This document shows, piece after piece, positions 1-10,571 of a DNA stretch of 64,000 nucleotides (positions are counted from its first letter, which is position 1; each line of letters starts with the position of its first letter). Source of the DNA: an uncultured delta proteobacterium (GTDB lineage Bacteria > Myxococcota_A > Polyangia > Haliangiales > Haliangiaceae); assembly GCA_963743525.1 (NCBI GenBank), contig CAVUQH010000002.1, positions 224,001 through 288,000 of the forward strand, given 5' to 3'. Under the pieces are notes generated by a model, which searched no databases, was not told the DNA's origin, and saw only the letters and a list, made by a program, of their open reading frames with translations. The position numbers were made by a program, and so were the translations under genes.

Positions 1-359
1 TGCATCCACATGTGGACGCAGCGGCGCTCCTCGGCCCCCTGGAAGTCGTCGCGCGAGAACGACTCGACGTAGTCGAGGACCTTGCGAATGCGGGCGCGCA
101 GCTCCTCGACGGTGGCCTCGGTGTCCGGGTGGGACGGCCCTTCCTTGCCACACAGCTTGGCCACCGCCCACTTGGCGGTGTCGCACGCAGCCGTGACCTG
201 GCGGAGGAAGGCAAACTGATCCGGCGCCAGGCGTGCCTGCAGCAGCACCGCTGGCTCGATCTTCTTGTCGGCGGCGAACGCCTCGAGCGCGTCGATCCAG
301 CGCTCGCAGTTGTGCAGCTGGTTGACGTAGACGGGGACGAGCTGGTCGTAGATGTCCAT
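1..359 (-). CDS. DUF1993-family protein (3' end runs off window)
   Basis: Not in ORF track; manual translation from ATG at 359: MDIYDQLVPVYVNQLHNCERWIDALEAFAADKKIEPAVLLQARLAPDQFAFLRQVTAACDTAK...; LLxARLAPDxFxFxRQV is typical of DUF1993. Confidence 0.8.
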   Translation of the reverse strand, partial: MDIYDQLVPVYVNQLHNCERWIDALEAFAADKKIEPAVLLQARLAPDQFAFLRQVTAACDTAKWAVAKLCGKEGPSHPDTEATVEELRARIRKVLDYVESFSRDDFQGAEERRCVHMWM

Positions 360-399
360 CGCCGGGCATCATACGCCGGACGACCGGCGGGGCCAGCGT

Positions 400-1803
400 C
401 TAGAACGCCGTCTGTATGCCGACGCCGGCGACGATCCAGCTGGAGCTGTAGTCGCCCCAGTTGACGTAGGTCTTCGGCGGATTGGGATCGTTGGGGTCGT
501 CGCGCACCGGGGTGAGCTGCGGCGACTTGCCGACGTCCGGGCTGACGGTGACGTCGGACATGTGGACGACGGCGACGGTGGCGTCGGCGCGCCATTTGCC
601 GTGATGCCAGCCGATGCCGCCGGCGAGCAGGGTCTTGGGCCCGTCGACGGTGAGCACCGACAGGTAGGCGGGCGGCGCGGCCGAGGTCTCGTAGGCGGCG
701 CCGGCGCGAACGTCGAGCGGCAGCGCCGCGGCCGGCTGGCCCTCGATACCGAGGCTGACCGAGTAGCTGTTCTCGTAGTGCCTGGGGATCTCCAGCGGGC
801 CCAGCTCGTAGGTGCCGACGCCGGGCGCACCCTCGATGCGCACGTTGCGCGGGGTGATCGACATCTTGTCCTGCACCTTCCACATCTCGGTGGTCGCGGC
901 CAGCTCCGCGCGCCAGCGCTTGGCCGGCTGCACCTCGACACCGATGCGCAGAATCGGTGGCAACCAGAACGACACGTCGGCCTTGTTGCCCACCACCGTG
1001 GCGCCATTGTAGAAGCCGGAGCTGGGCAGGCGGGTCTCGAAGCTGCCGGTGCCGCCGACGCGGAACGGCAGCTGGAACGACGCCCCGAGATGGACCTTCT
1101 TGGTGGCGTCGAACTGCACGCCGAAGACCCCCGACGGGTTGAACAGGTCGAGCATCTTGACCTTGCCCAGGGCGTCGAACTCCGGGTCCTCGGGAGCGCA
1201 GACGGTCTGCCCGGGGCAGCCGGAGAAGACCACGGTTGACGCCATGCGCGTGACCATGTTCTGCAGCCCGGCGCCGACGCGCAGCTTGTCGCTGACCCGG
1301 TAGGCGACGCTGGCCTCGAAGATGATGAGCGCGGTCTCGGTCAGGTTGACCAGCGAGTAGCGCTGCGGCCCGTCCTCGGGATAGCGGCCCAGTCCCGAGT
1401 ACGGCGCGTAGACACCGGCCGCCGCCACCAGGTGCTCGCCCAGGCGGAAGCCGAGCCCGAGCGTGGGAATCGGCAGGCCGGGCGACGAGCTGTTGACCGT
1501 CGCTTGCGGGTTCATGCCCGAGTCGATGCGGGTGTAGCTGACGCCCTGGTCGACGTAGGCGACGTCGAGCAGGAACTGACGGTCGCCCTCGGGTAGCTCG
1601 ACCAGGCCGGCGGGGTTGAACCACAGCGCGTTGAGATCGTCGGCGCCGGCGACGAACGCTCCGGCCATCGCCGTGGGCCGAACGCCGCGCGTATGCAGCA
1701 TCATGCCGCCGGCGTGGGCCAGCGGCGCGCCGACCGCGAGCAGGAGGGTGGCCAGCGCCGCGACCCCGATGGGTCGCGACGTGCGGGACGGACGCGGATG
1801 CAT
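400..1803 (-). CDS. FadL/OmpP1/TodX-family outer membrane transport protein
   Basis: Signal peptide, then AMAGAFVAGADDLNALWFNPAGL hatch motif, amphipathic beta strands and C-terminal F. Confidence 0.85.
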   Translation of the reverse strand: MHPRPSRTSRPIGVAALATLLLAVGAPLAHAGGMMLHTRGVRPTAMAGAFVAGADDLNALWFNPAGLVELPEGDRQFLLDVAYVDQGVSYTRIDSGMNPQATVNSSSPGLPIPTLGLGFRLGEHLVAAAGVYAPYSGLGRYPEDGPQRYSLVNLTETALIIFEASVAYRVSDKLRVGAGLQNMVTRMASTVVFSGCPGQTVCAPEDPEFDALGKVKMLDLFNPSGVFGVQFDATKKVHLGASFQLPFRVGGTGSFETRLPSSGFYNGATVVGNKADVSFWLPPILRIGVEVQPAKRWRAELAATTEMWKVQDKMSITPRNVRIEGAPGVGTYELGPLEIPRHYENSYSVSLGIEGQPAAALPLDVRAGAAYETSAAPPAYLSVLTVDGPKTLLAGGIGWHHGKWRADATVAVVHMSDVTVSPDVGKSPQLTPVRDDPNDPNPPKTYVNWGDYSSSWIVAGVGIQTAF

Positions 1804-4800
1804 CAGATGTTTCGCCCTTGGATGATCGAGATGAAGCGGCGCAAACCGCGCTTCTGGTCGTCGAGGAAGTTGGCCAGATTGTCGAGCATCGACCGGTAGT
1901 CCTCGGCGGTGTAGTCCGCGCCCAGATCGTCGTAGGGACGAGCGCGTTCGACCTCGGAGATGCCGTCGATGAGATCGCCGATGGCGGTGTGGCCGGGACG
2001 ATACTCGACGTAGAGGTTGCGCATCATCTCCACCAGCGCCTGATTTTCATCCGACTCGCGGGCGGCTTTGACGAACGCCAGGTGGCTGTCCACCCAGCCG
2101 CGCTCGGGGCGCAGCGCCTCGCCCAGGACGTGGGCGATCGGCACGATGTCGGCGTCGTCGATGCCCAGCTGGACGACGTCGGCGATCGACGACAGCGACT
2201 GGCGGAACGCCTCGTTGTAGTTGGCCTCGTTGACCAGGTAGGCGGTCAGCTGCTCGATCTGCTGGCGCGCCTCGGGGCTGGCCTGCAGCGACAGGATGAA
2301 GTCGGCGGCGCCGGCGAAGACCGGCCCGCTCATCACGTCTTGCAGCCTGCCCGGCAGATCCTGCGACAGCCACGCGTCGCGGTCGCCGGCGGCATCGTGA
2401 GCGCGCAGCCGGCTCTCGAGGAAGTCGATGAGGATCAGCGCCATGCCGCGGAAGCGCGGGTTGTCGAACTGCCAGCCGACACCGGCCACCGGCTGGGCGC
2501 GCACCAGGACGTTGACCAGGTTGCCGGTCGAGCTCTGCCACGCCTCGCCCTCGGCGGCCGAGGTCTCGAGCCGGGCGTGCTTGTCCGCATAAGCGTCGGC
2601 CAGGATCTGGAACGGCGACAGGGTGTTGATCGGGTCGCCCTCGCTGGTCTGACTGCTGGTCGCGCCGACCCGGTTGGTCAGGCCCGCCTGCGGCGTCAAC
2701 AGGTAGCGCGCGGCGTCGGTGAGGATCGCCAGCGAGCCCTTGCCGTTGACCGGCGTGTTGTCCATGACCGGCGCGGCCATGTGCAGCGCGTCGAGGATGG
2801 TGCCCCGCTGCGGCAGGGTGTCGCCGCGCGACAGGATGTCGATGATCGCCGGCTCGTACGACACCGCGCCCGAGCCCCAGACGTAGCCGGCCTGGCCGGG
2901 CTGGTTGAACTGGTGGGTCGGCGCCGAGTTGCGATCCGGCCAGTGCTTGTGCAGCACCGCCAGGATGTCGACGAACAGCTGCTCGGCGTTGTGCTTGGCG
3001 AACGCCTGAACGATGGGCCGGATCTGGTCGTAGAAGCCGTCCTTCTCCCACACCGGCAGGGTACCGGCGTGGACCGAGCGGAACTGCTGGCCGTACTTGG
3101 TGACCGGCGGGTCCATGACGTTGGCCAGGAACGACGGCATCGGATCGAGGAACAGCGCCCGGTTCAGCGCCTGCGGCGTCGGATGGGTGGTGAACCCATC
3201 GATCGTCGTCATCTGCTGGATCAGGTTGTCGTTGACGATCGCCTCGATGAGGAAGTTGTTCCAGTTGAAGTTGAGGTGCGCCTTGGGGTGCGGCGAGCCG
3301 CTGGCGCAGACCCAGTTGCCGCTGCCGTTGCGCGTGGCGTACGAGCCGTTGTCGCACTGCAGGGCGATCGACTGGACGTAGAACGTGGCCAGGTTGTCGA
3401 CCTCGATCAGGTCACACTCGTTGTAGTAGGCCAGCGGGATGCCCAGGCCCAGCGGGTCGGTGACCTTGGCGTTCTGCTTGTTGCACAGGACGGCGCCGTT
3501 GGAGTCGTCGATGAGGTGGAGCAACCGCTGCATCAGCGAGCGGTTGTAGGCGCGATCCGCCTGACTGCGATCGACCGTCGTGGCGAACGAGCCGACCAGG
3601 TTCTGGTCGGCGTCGTAGGTGAACTTGTCCTTGTACTTCATGTAGTCGCGGAAGCGCAGGGCAAGCTTGGGGACCTCGGGGTCCTCCATCGCCTTCATCA
3701 GGTCCTCGGCCAGGCCGGGCGTGGCCAGGATCTGCCGGATGACCGGAATCAGATCGTCGGCCAGCGGCGCCCCCGGATCGACGTGCGCCTCGGGGTGCTC
3801 GTTGATGATGCCGGCGGCGTCGACCACTGCCTCGGCCAGCCGGGAAACTTCCGGCTCGTGGTCGCGGATCAGCACCTTGGCCAGGTCGAGCAGATCGAAG
3901 ACGTTGCTGTCGCGGAGGATCTGCAGGTAGCCGTACAGCATGTCGAGCAGCGGCGACGCGGTCAGGTCGTAGCCGCGGTACTCGAGGCTCTCGCCGTTGT
4001 CGTAAGTCTTGGTGACCAGCTCGCGCGGGTTGCTCGACATCAGCGCCGAAGCGCCGCGCAGCATGTCGAGGGCGGTACCCTTTTGCGGATCGAACAGCTG
4101 GATCGAATCGCGGGCCAGCGCCGACAAGAGGGTCTTGTCGAGGTCGACGTACCGGTACAGCGGCGGGCCGTCCTGCGAGGCCAGCGCCCTGCCCTCGGCG
4201 TCGCGGTATTGCCACGGCACCTGCTCTTCGCCGGCGGGCAGCGAGAACGGCGACGGCGCGGCGATCAGCTGGCCGTTGGCGTCGACGTAGCGCCCCTGGG
4301 CGTCGACGTCGGCGAGGCCGTCGTTGTCCATGTTGACGAACGGCGCCACGACGTTGCCACCGGAGCCGGCGACCTGGGCGACGCCGCGGTAGTCGCGGCG
4401 GACGATCGGCAGCGAGTCGCCCTCGCTCAAGAGGTCGCTCTCGGACAGCAGCAGCTGCAGCGCCAGCTGCCCGGTACGGGTGTCGGACTCCGGCTGCGCC
4501 TCCGGCTGGGCATCGCGCAGCGTCACGCCCAGGGCGGCGAGCAGGTTGTCGAACTCGCCCTTGGCCTGGCCGCCCTCGGTGATCTGCTCGGTGACGGTGA
4601 GCAGGAAGTCGTTGAGCTCGGGGTAGTTGACGAACGCGCGCACCGCGCCGAGCGACTGCTCGGTGGGCAGGTAGCCCAGGCGATGGTTGAGGCGCGCGAG
4701 CGCCGGCGCCAGATCCTGATCGTCGGCCATGTAGCGCAGCGCCTCGATCAGGTCGTCGGTGGCGGCGATGGTGACGCCCGAGTCGTACAGCGACAGGAAA

Positions 4801-5150
4801 TCGTTCGAGGTCAGGAACGTCTGCAGGTTGGGCAGGAACCCATCGGGGAAGGTCGTGTTGACCGAGCCGATGAGGATGTCCCGCTTGGCCTCGAGCGCCT
4901 TGAGCGACGCCGGCGCGCTGTCGGGCGGCGCCAGGCCCAGACGGCAGATATCGCGATAGGTGTCGCCGCGAACGTTGACGGTCGCGTTGCCGTCGTTGAG
5001 ATCTTCGAGGTAGGCGACGCGCTTGCACATCAGCGTCACCACCGTCGTTCCGAACGTGCCCTTGTTGACCGACTCGCGATCGGTGTCGAGCTTCGACACA
5101 CAACCCGCGGTCAGACCAATCACCAACGCCAAACCGACTGCTTTTTTCAT
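1803..5150 (-). CDS. Large hypothetical lipoprotein (1115 aa)
   Basis: Lipobox LTAGC at aa 13-17, strong GC3 bias, stop overlaps start of the FadL-like gene; NMDNDGLAD Ca-binding-like loop and Cys pairs. Confidence 0.8.
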   Translation of the reverse strand: MKKAVGLALVIGLTAGCVSKLDTDRESVNKGTFGTTVVTLMCKRVAYLEDLNDGNATVNVRGDTYRDICRLGLAPPDSAPASLKALEAKRDILIGSVNTTFPDGFLPNLQTFLTSNDFLSLYDSGVTIAATDDLIEALRYMADDQDLAPALARLNHRLGYLPTEQSLGAVRAFVNYPELNDFLLTVTEQITEGGQAKGEFDNLLAALGVTLRDAQPEAQPESDTRTGQLALQLLLSESDLLSEGDSLPIVRRDYRGVAQVAGSGGNVVAPFVNMDNDGLADVDAQGRYVDANGQLIAAPSPFSLPAGEEQVPWQYRDAEGRALASQDGPPLYRYVDLDKTLLSALARDSIQLFDPQKGTALDMLRGASALMSSNPRELVTKTYDNGESLEYRGYDLTASPLLDMLYGYLQILRDSNVFDLLDLAKVLIRDHEPEVSRLAEAVVDAAGIINEHPEAHVDPGAPLADDLIPVIRQILATPGLAEDLMKAMEDPEVPKLALRFRDYMKYKDKFTYDADQNLVGSFATTVDRSQADRAYNRSLMQRLLHLIDDSNGAVLCNKQNAKVTDPLGLGIPLAYYNECDLIEVDNLATFYVQSIALQCDNGSYATRNGSGNWVCASGSPHPKAHLNFNWNNFLIEAIVNDNLIQQMTTIDGFTTHPTPQALNRALFLDPMPSFLANVMDPPVTKYGQQFRSVHAGTLPVWEKDGFYDQIRPIVQAFAKHNAEQLFVDILAVLHKHWPDRNSAPTHQFNQPGQAGYVWGSGAVSYEPAIIDILSRGDTLPQRGTILDALHMAAPVMDNTPVNGKGSLAILTDAARYLLTPQAGLTNRVGATSSQTSEGDPINTLSPFQILADAYADKHARLETSAAEGEAWQSSTGNLVNVLVRAQPVAGVGWQFDNPRFRGMALILIDFLESRLRAHDAAGDRDAWLSQDLPGRLQDVMSGPVFAGAADFILSLQASPEARQQIEQLTAYLVNEANYNEAFRQSLSSIADVVQLGIDDADIVPIAHVLGEALRPERGWVDSHLAFVKAARESDENQALVEMMRNLYVEYRPGHTAIGDLIDGISEVERARPYDDLGADYTAEDYRSMLDNLANFLDDQKRGLRRFISIIQGRNI

Positions 5151-5304
5151 CTGCAGCTGAACTCCCCTGCTCTCTACCTGCCCGTAAAGATTAGGACGCG
5201 CTGCGTAAAACCGTCAACGAGTAAGAAGCGTCGGCCCGCTCACCGGCGGCGGGAGCAGTAACGAATGACGCGGCGCGCCATGGGTCGCGCTCAGTCGGAT
5301 CGGG

Positions 5305-6114
<810 letters not shown>

Positions 6115-6131
6115 GCGCGCAGGGTAGCAGG

Positions 6132-7691
6132 TCAGACGGCGTCGGCGCCCGGCTGGACGACGTCGAAGAACAGGCGGATCGAGGTGCCGCCCTCCGGCGG
6201 GTAGACGCGCAGCTCGTGCGTCCCCGGGGCGGTGAAGGTGCGTTCGAAGTGGTAGCGGCCGGGCTCGCCGTCGGGCCTGGCGGCGACGCCGGTGGACTGA
6301 CCGTCGGCAGTATCGATGGTGAGGATCAGCTCTGCGGCGGTGATCGGCCGGCCGTCGGTGTCCCAGACCTCGAGCTCGAACGAGGTGGGCAGCGTGGCGA
6401 CGACGCGCTCGGGCAGCTCGACGCGGAGGGAGTAACCGCCCTGGTCGACGATGAGGGTGCGACCGGGGGCCGGTTGCGACGACGAGATGATGTCGGGAGG
6501 CGGCAGGGTGTGCGTCGCCGTGGCCCCCGGGCGGCTGGCGGCGGCGCGGGCGGAGGCGGCGCGCGCGGCGGCGGCCGGCGCGCCGGCGCGGGCGGAGGTT
6601 TCGAGGGCGGAGTCGCGCACGCCGATGCCGACGGCGACCCCGGCGGCGAGCAGCGCAGCGGCGGCCAGGTAGCGAAGCGGGCGCCGGCGCGCCGGCAGCG
6701 GAGGCGCCCAGGCGTCGAGCGACGCGCTGGGCCGCGGCAACGCGACGGTGGCGGCGAACGCGTCGGCGTCAGCGGACGAGGCGTGGGGCTCGGCGACGGC
6801 GGCGAGGGCGCGAGAGAGGGCCTCGGCGTCGGGGTAGCGGCGCGCGGGGTCCTTCTCCAGGCAGCGCATGATGACCGCGGACAGGCGCGGGTCGACCACC
6901 GCGATCTCGGCCGGGGGACGCGGGCGTTCCTCGAGGTGCGAGACGAGGACCGACACGGCGGTGCCGTCGAACGGCGGACGACCGGTAACCAGCTCGTAGA
7001 GGAGCACGCCGAGGCTGTAGATGTCGGCGCGGTGGTCGACGTCGTCGCCGGCGGCCTGCTCGGGAGACAGGTAGCACGGGGTGCCACAGATGGCGCCGGC
7101 CTGGGTGAGCTCCTTGGATCCGGACACCAGCGGGCCGCCGACCATCTTGGCCACGCCGAAGTCGAGGATGACGATGCGCTCGTCGGCGCGCGGGTTGCGC
7201 GGACGGACCAGCATCAAGTTCTCCGGCTTGAGGTCGCGGTGAACGACGCCGGCCGCGTGCGTATCGGCCAGAGCCGCGGCGATCTGTTGCGCCCAGGCGA
7301 TGGCGCGCGCCGCGCTGATCGGCTCGCCGCCGTCGATGACGTCGGCGACGGAGGTGCCGTCGACCCACTGCATGACCAGGTAGGGCCGCGGCGTCGAGTC
7401 GTGCGCATCGGCGGGCAGCTCGCCGGCCCCGAGGATCGAGACGATCGACGGGTGCGACAGCCGCGCGACCGCGCGCGCCTCCCGCGCCATCCGCTCGACC
7501 ATGATCGGATCGCGCGCGAGCTCCGGATGAAGCACCTTGACCGCCACGTCGCGGTCCATGCTCGGGTCGTACGCGCGGTAGACCGAGCCGGTCGCGCCCT
7601 CGCCGATGAGCGCACGCAGCTGGATGCCACCGAGGATGGTGGTCCCGGCGAGGGATCCGCGCGCAGCAGTGACGTGGGGCCAGGGGGGCAT
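6132..7691 (-). CDS. Membrane Ser/Thr protein kinase with C-terminal Ig-like (YtkA/FixH-like) domain
   Basis: [43 protein letters not shown] and a TM helix. Start placed at ATG 7691; the ORF-track extension to 8417 is just the repeat array. Confidence 0.9.
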   Translation of the reverse strand: MPPWPHVTAARGSLAGTTILGGIQLRALIGEGATGSVYRAYDPSMDRDVAVKVLHPELARDPIMVERMAREARAVARLSHPSIVSILGAGELPADAHDSTPRPYLVMQWVDGTSVADVIDGGEPISAARAIAWAQQIAAALADTHAAGVVHRDLKPENLMLVRPRNPRADERIVILDFGVAKMVGGPLVSGSKELTQAGAICGTPCYLSPEQAAGDDVDHRADIYSLGVLLYELVTGRPPFDGTAVSVLVSHLEERPRPPAEIAVVDPRLSAVIMRCLEKDPARRYPDAEALSRALAAVAEPHASSADADAFAATVALPRPSASLDAWAPPLPARRRPLRYLAAAALLAAGVAVGIGVRDSALETSARAGAPAAAARAASARAAASRPGATATHTLPPPDIISSSQPAPGRTLIVDQGGYSLRVELPERVVATLPTSFELEVWDTDGRPITAAELILTIDTADGQSTGVAARPDGEPGRYHFERTFTAPGTHELRVYPPEGGTSIRLFFDVVQPGADAV

Positions 7692-7794
7692 TGCAGAAGA
7701 TTCGACGGGAGTGGCGGCCGAGGAATTCAGATTTGCCGAGCTCGGCCGTCTGGGGCCCCCTGTGCGCCCGCTCGGCGCCCGGCCGCAGACGCAA

Positions 7795-8285
<491 letters not shown>

Positions 8286-8286
8286 C

Positions 8287-8340
8287 TCCTTCGACTCCGC
8301 CCGGGCTGCGCCCGGACTTCGCTCAGGATGAGCGGCCTGA
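8287..8340 (+). repeat. REP-like palindromic element upstream of the transposase
   Basis: TCCTTCGACTCCG-CCGGGC-TGC-GCCCGG-ACTTCGCTCAGGATGAGCGG with a perfect 6-bp inner hairpin; TCCTTCGACT.CGC recurs on the minus strand near 51645-51658. Confidence 0.5.
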
Positions 8341-8397
8341 AGGAAGGCGGGTGCCGTCATTGTCAGACCGCCGTGATAGAACTCTGCCAGAATCAAG

Positions 8398-9141
8398 ATG
8401 AGGAAACGGCGCAACAAACGCTCGGCTTCGGCGCAGCTCGACTTCGATGCCCATCGGCGGCGGCAGCAGCAACACGAGCACGGTGGCTATCGCGAAGGTG
8501 CCGGGCGCAAGAAGAAGCGGGGGAAACGGCGGATGCCGCATCTGCCCCGCCCCGCTCTGGCATCGCGGTTTCCGGTGCACGTGACGGTGCGGATTGGTGA
8601 GGATGTTCCGCGGCTGCGGAACTTCAAGCGGTGCAAGGTGCTGCGGGCGGCGTTGGTGCGCACGTGCAGCAAGCCGGGTTTTCGGATCTGTCAGTTCAGT
8701 ATTCAGCGCAATCACATCCACCTGGTGTGTGAGGCGAAGAACGGGGAGGCGCTGGCGCGGGGCGTCCAGGGGTTCGAGGTGAGTGCGGCGCGGCGCCTCA
8801 ATCGCCTCAGTGGTCGTCGGGGATCAGTGTTCGACGACCGGTATCACGCCGAGATCTTGCGCTCGCCCAATCAGGTGCGGAACGCGCTCTGCTACGTGCT
8901 CAACAACGCGCGCAAGCACGGGGAGGTGTTGCGCGGCTCGGTGCCGGATCTGTTTTCATCGGCCTGGCACTTCGATGGCTGGCAGGACGACGGGTGGCGC
9001 CGGGGCGTGGCGCCGCCGACGGGGCCGCCGTGTGTGGCGAACGCGCGCACGTGGTTGATGACCGACGGCTGGCAGAAGCGCGGGCTCATCGCGGTCGACG
9101 AGCACCCGGGCCCGGCGGCTCGCGCGATGGGTTGGGGCTAG
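8398..9141 (+). CDS. Stand-alone Y1 HUH transposase (RAYT / IS200 TnpA-like)
   Basis: PVHVTVR, HUH motif NHIHLVCE, FDDRYH, catalytic Tyr in YVLNNARKH, downstream DLFSSA; no tnpB nearby. Confidence 0.85.
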   Translation: MRKRRNKRSASAQLDFDAHRRRQQQHEHGGYREGAGRKKKRGKRRMPHLPRPALASRFPVHVTVRIGEDVPRLRNFKRCKVLRAALVRTCSKPGFRICQFSIQRNHIHLVCEAKNGEALARGVQGFEVSAARRLNRLSGRRGSVFDDRYHAEILRSPNQVRNALCYVLNNARKHGEVLRGSVPDLFSSAWHFDGWQDDGWRRGVAPPTGPPCVANARTWLMTDGWQKRGLIAVDEHPGPAARAMGWG

Positions 9142-10562
9142 CAGCGCTCGGGGCCGGCGGCGGCGCGGTGCAGGCGCGCGACCACGTCGTCGGCAAGGGC
9201 GGCGAGCTGGGGCCGCGACAGCAGCGGCTCGACGCCGGCGAAGGTGAGCTGAAGCTCGCCGCTCACGGTGACGGCGAGCATCCAGGTGAGGCTGCCGACT
9301 ACGTGCGGGCCGCTGGCGATGACGAAGCGGGTGACGCGCAGGCGGTCGGGGTCGTCGGGGAACGGCGCGCGACCGACGAAGCGGGTGACGCGCAGGCGGT
9401 CGGGGTCGTCGGGGAACGGCGCGCGACCGAGGTTGCTGGGGAACGAGGTGTCCATCCGACCCTGCCTGCCGCGGGCGTTGGCAAACAGCTCGAGTGCGCC
9501 GACGGGTGGCTGCAGGCGCGACAGCGCGTGGACGGCCTGGAGGTGCTGGCCGCGGTCGATGCGCGCGCTCAGCTCGCGCTTGATCGCGCGAGCGCTCCGC
9601 CACAGATCGCGCGGCAGCGGCCGCGACAGCTCCACGGGCAGTCCCCACACGGCGCAGCCGAGGCTGTCGTCGGGCAGCGGTGGGTCGGTGAACGGGCGCA
9701 GGTTGACGCTCTGGCCGTGGCGCAGCCAGCCGCCGCGGTGGCCGGCGCGGCTGAGCAGATCGTCGGTGGCGCCGGCCAGTGCGGCCGACAGCGCGCCGTG
9801 CAGGGTGGTGTCGTTCGCGCGTGCGGCGCCGGCGAGGGCGCGACTCACGTCGGCGCCGAGGATGCGGTGCTCCAGCCGACTGCGGCGCTGGTCGTACCGG
9901 TGCGCGGCGCTGGAGTCGAGCAGGTTCGAGTGGCGGCGCCTCAGGCCGCCGGCGGTCTGGCGGGCGAGGAACGCGGCCGACGCCAGCAGCGACGGCGGGG
10001 CGCCGAGGGCGCGCTCGATCGGCGGCGGCAGCGCGGCTTGCGCCGGCGCCAGCGCCCCGCCCTCGCTGGCGGCCAGCCAGTCGCGCACGAACGCGTTCAC
10101 CGTCACGCCGTCGAACACGACCTGCACCAGGTTGAGGACGAGGTGTCGTCCGCGCGGGCCGTCCGCAGCCTCGTCGCCGACCAGGGTGGCGCGCAACAAC
10201 GGCGCGCGGTCCAGGGCCGGCAGCGGTCCGTTCAGCTCGGTCGTGCAGGGTTTCCCAGGCGGCGGCGTCGGGCTCGTCGGCGAAGACCACCGCCACGGTG
10301 GTGGCCGGCGCCGGATCGGGCGCAAAGCGAGCTCGTTGGCTGCCGGCGTCGACGACGCGCTGGCGCAGCAGCGGGTGATGGGCGATGGTCGCGGCGAGCC
10401 CGCGCTCCAGGGCTCGCGGGTCACCGGGCGCGACAACTCGACCAGCGCCGCGACCGGAACCAGCGGCGCGCGGCCACCGTCGAGGGCGCGCGCGAACTCG
10501 CGCTCGACCGCGCCCAACGGCCGCCCGGTCTCGCGGGCAGCGCTGTCGGGCGACCGGGGCAT
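9138..10562 (-). CDS. Condensation-domain / PapA5-like acyltransferase-fold protein (compensating frameshifts)
   Basis: RPLGAVER N-terminus, HHPLLR (alternative frame), degenerate HHxxxDG (QVVFDG), TTLHGALSAA, SVNLRP, SNLGR. Confidence 0.65.
   Translation of the reverse strand: MPRSPDSAARETGRPLGAVEREFARALDGGRAPLVPVAALVELSRPVTREPWSAGSPRPSPITRCCASASSTPAANELALRPIRRRPPPWRWSSPTSPTPPPGKPCTTELNGPLPALDRAPLLRATLVGDEAADGPRGRHLVLNLVQVVFDGVTVNAFVRDWLAASEGGALAPAQAALPPPIERALGAPPSLLASAAFLARQTAGGLRRRHSNLLDSSAAHRYDQRRSRLEHRILGADVSRALAGAARANDTTLHGALSAALAGATDDLLSRAGHRGGWLRHGQSVNLRPFTDPPLPDDSLGCAVWGLPVELSRPLPRDLWRSARAIKRELSARIDRGQHLQAVHALSRLQPPVGALELFANARGRQGRMDTSFPSNLGRAPFPDDPDRLRVTRFVGRAPFPDDPDRLRVTRFVIASGPHVVGSLTWMLAVTVSGELQLTFAGVEPLLSRPQLAALADDVVARLHRAAAGPERC
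9321..9428. repeat. Perfect 54-bp in-frame tandem duplication
   Basis: 9321-9374 is identical to 9375-9428; encodes GRAPFPDDPDRLRVTRFV twice. Confidence 0.95.
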
Positions 10563-10571
10563 TGGCGGCGC

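Noticed and set aside
1818..5261. Long antisense/shadow ORFs here and throughout the window
   Set aside because: Expected opposite real genes in high-GC DNA; no recognisable motifs
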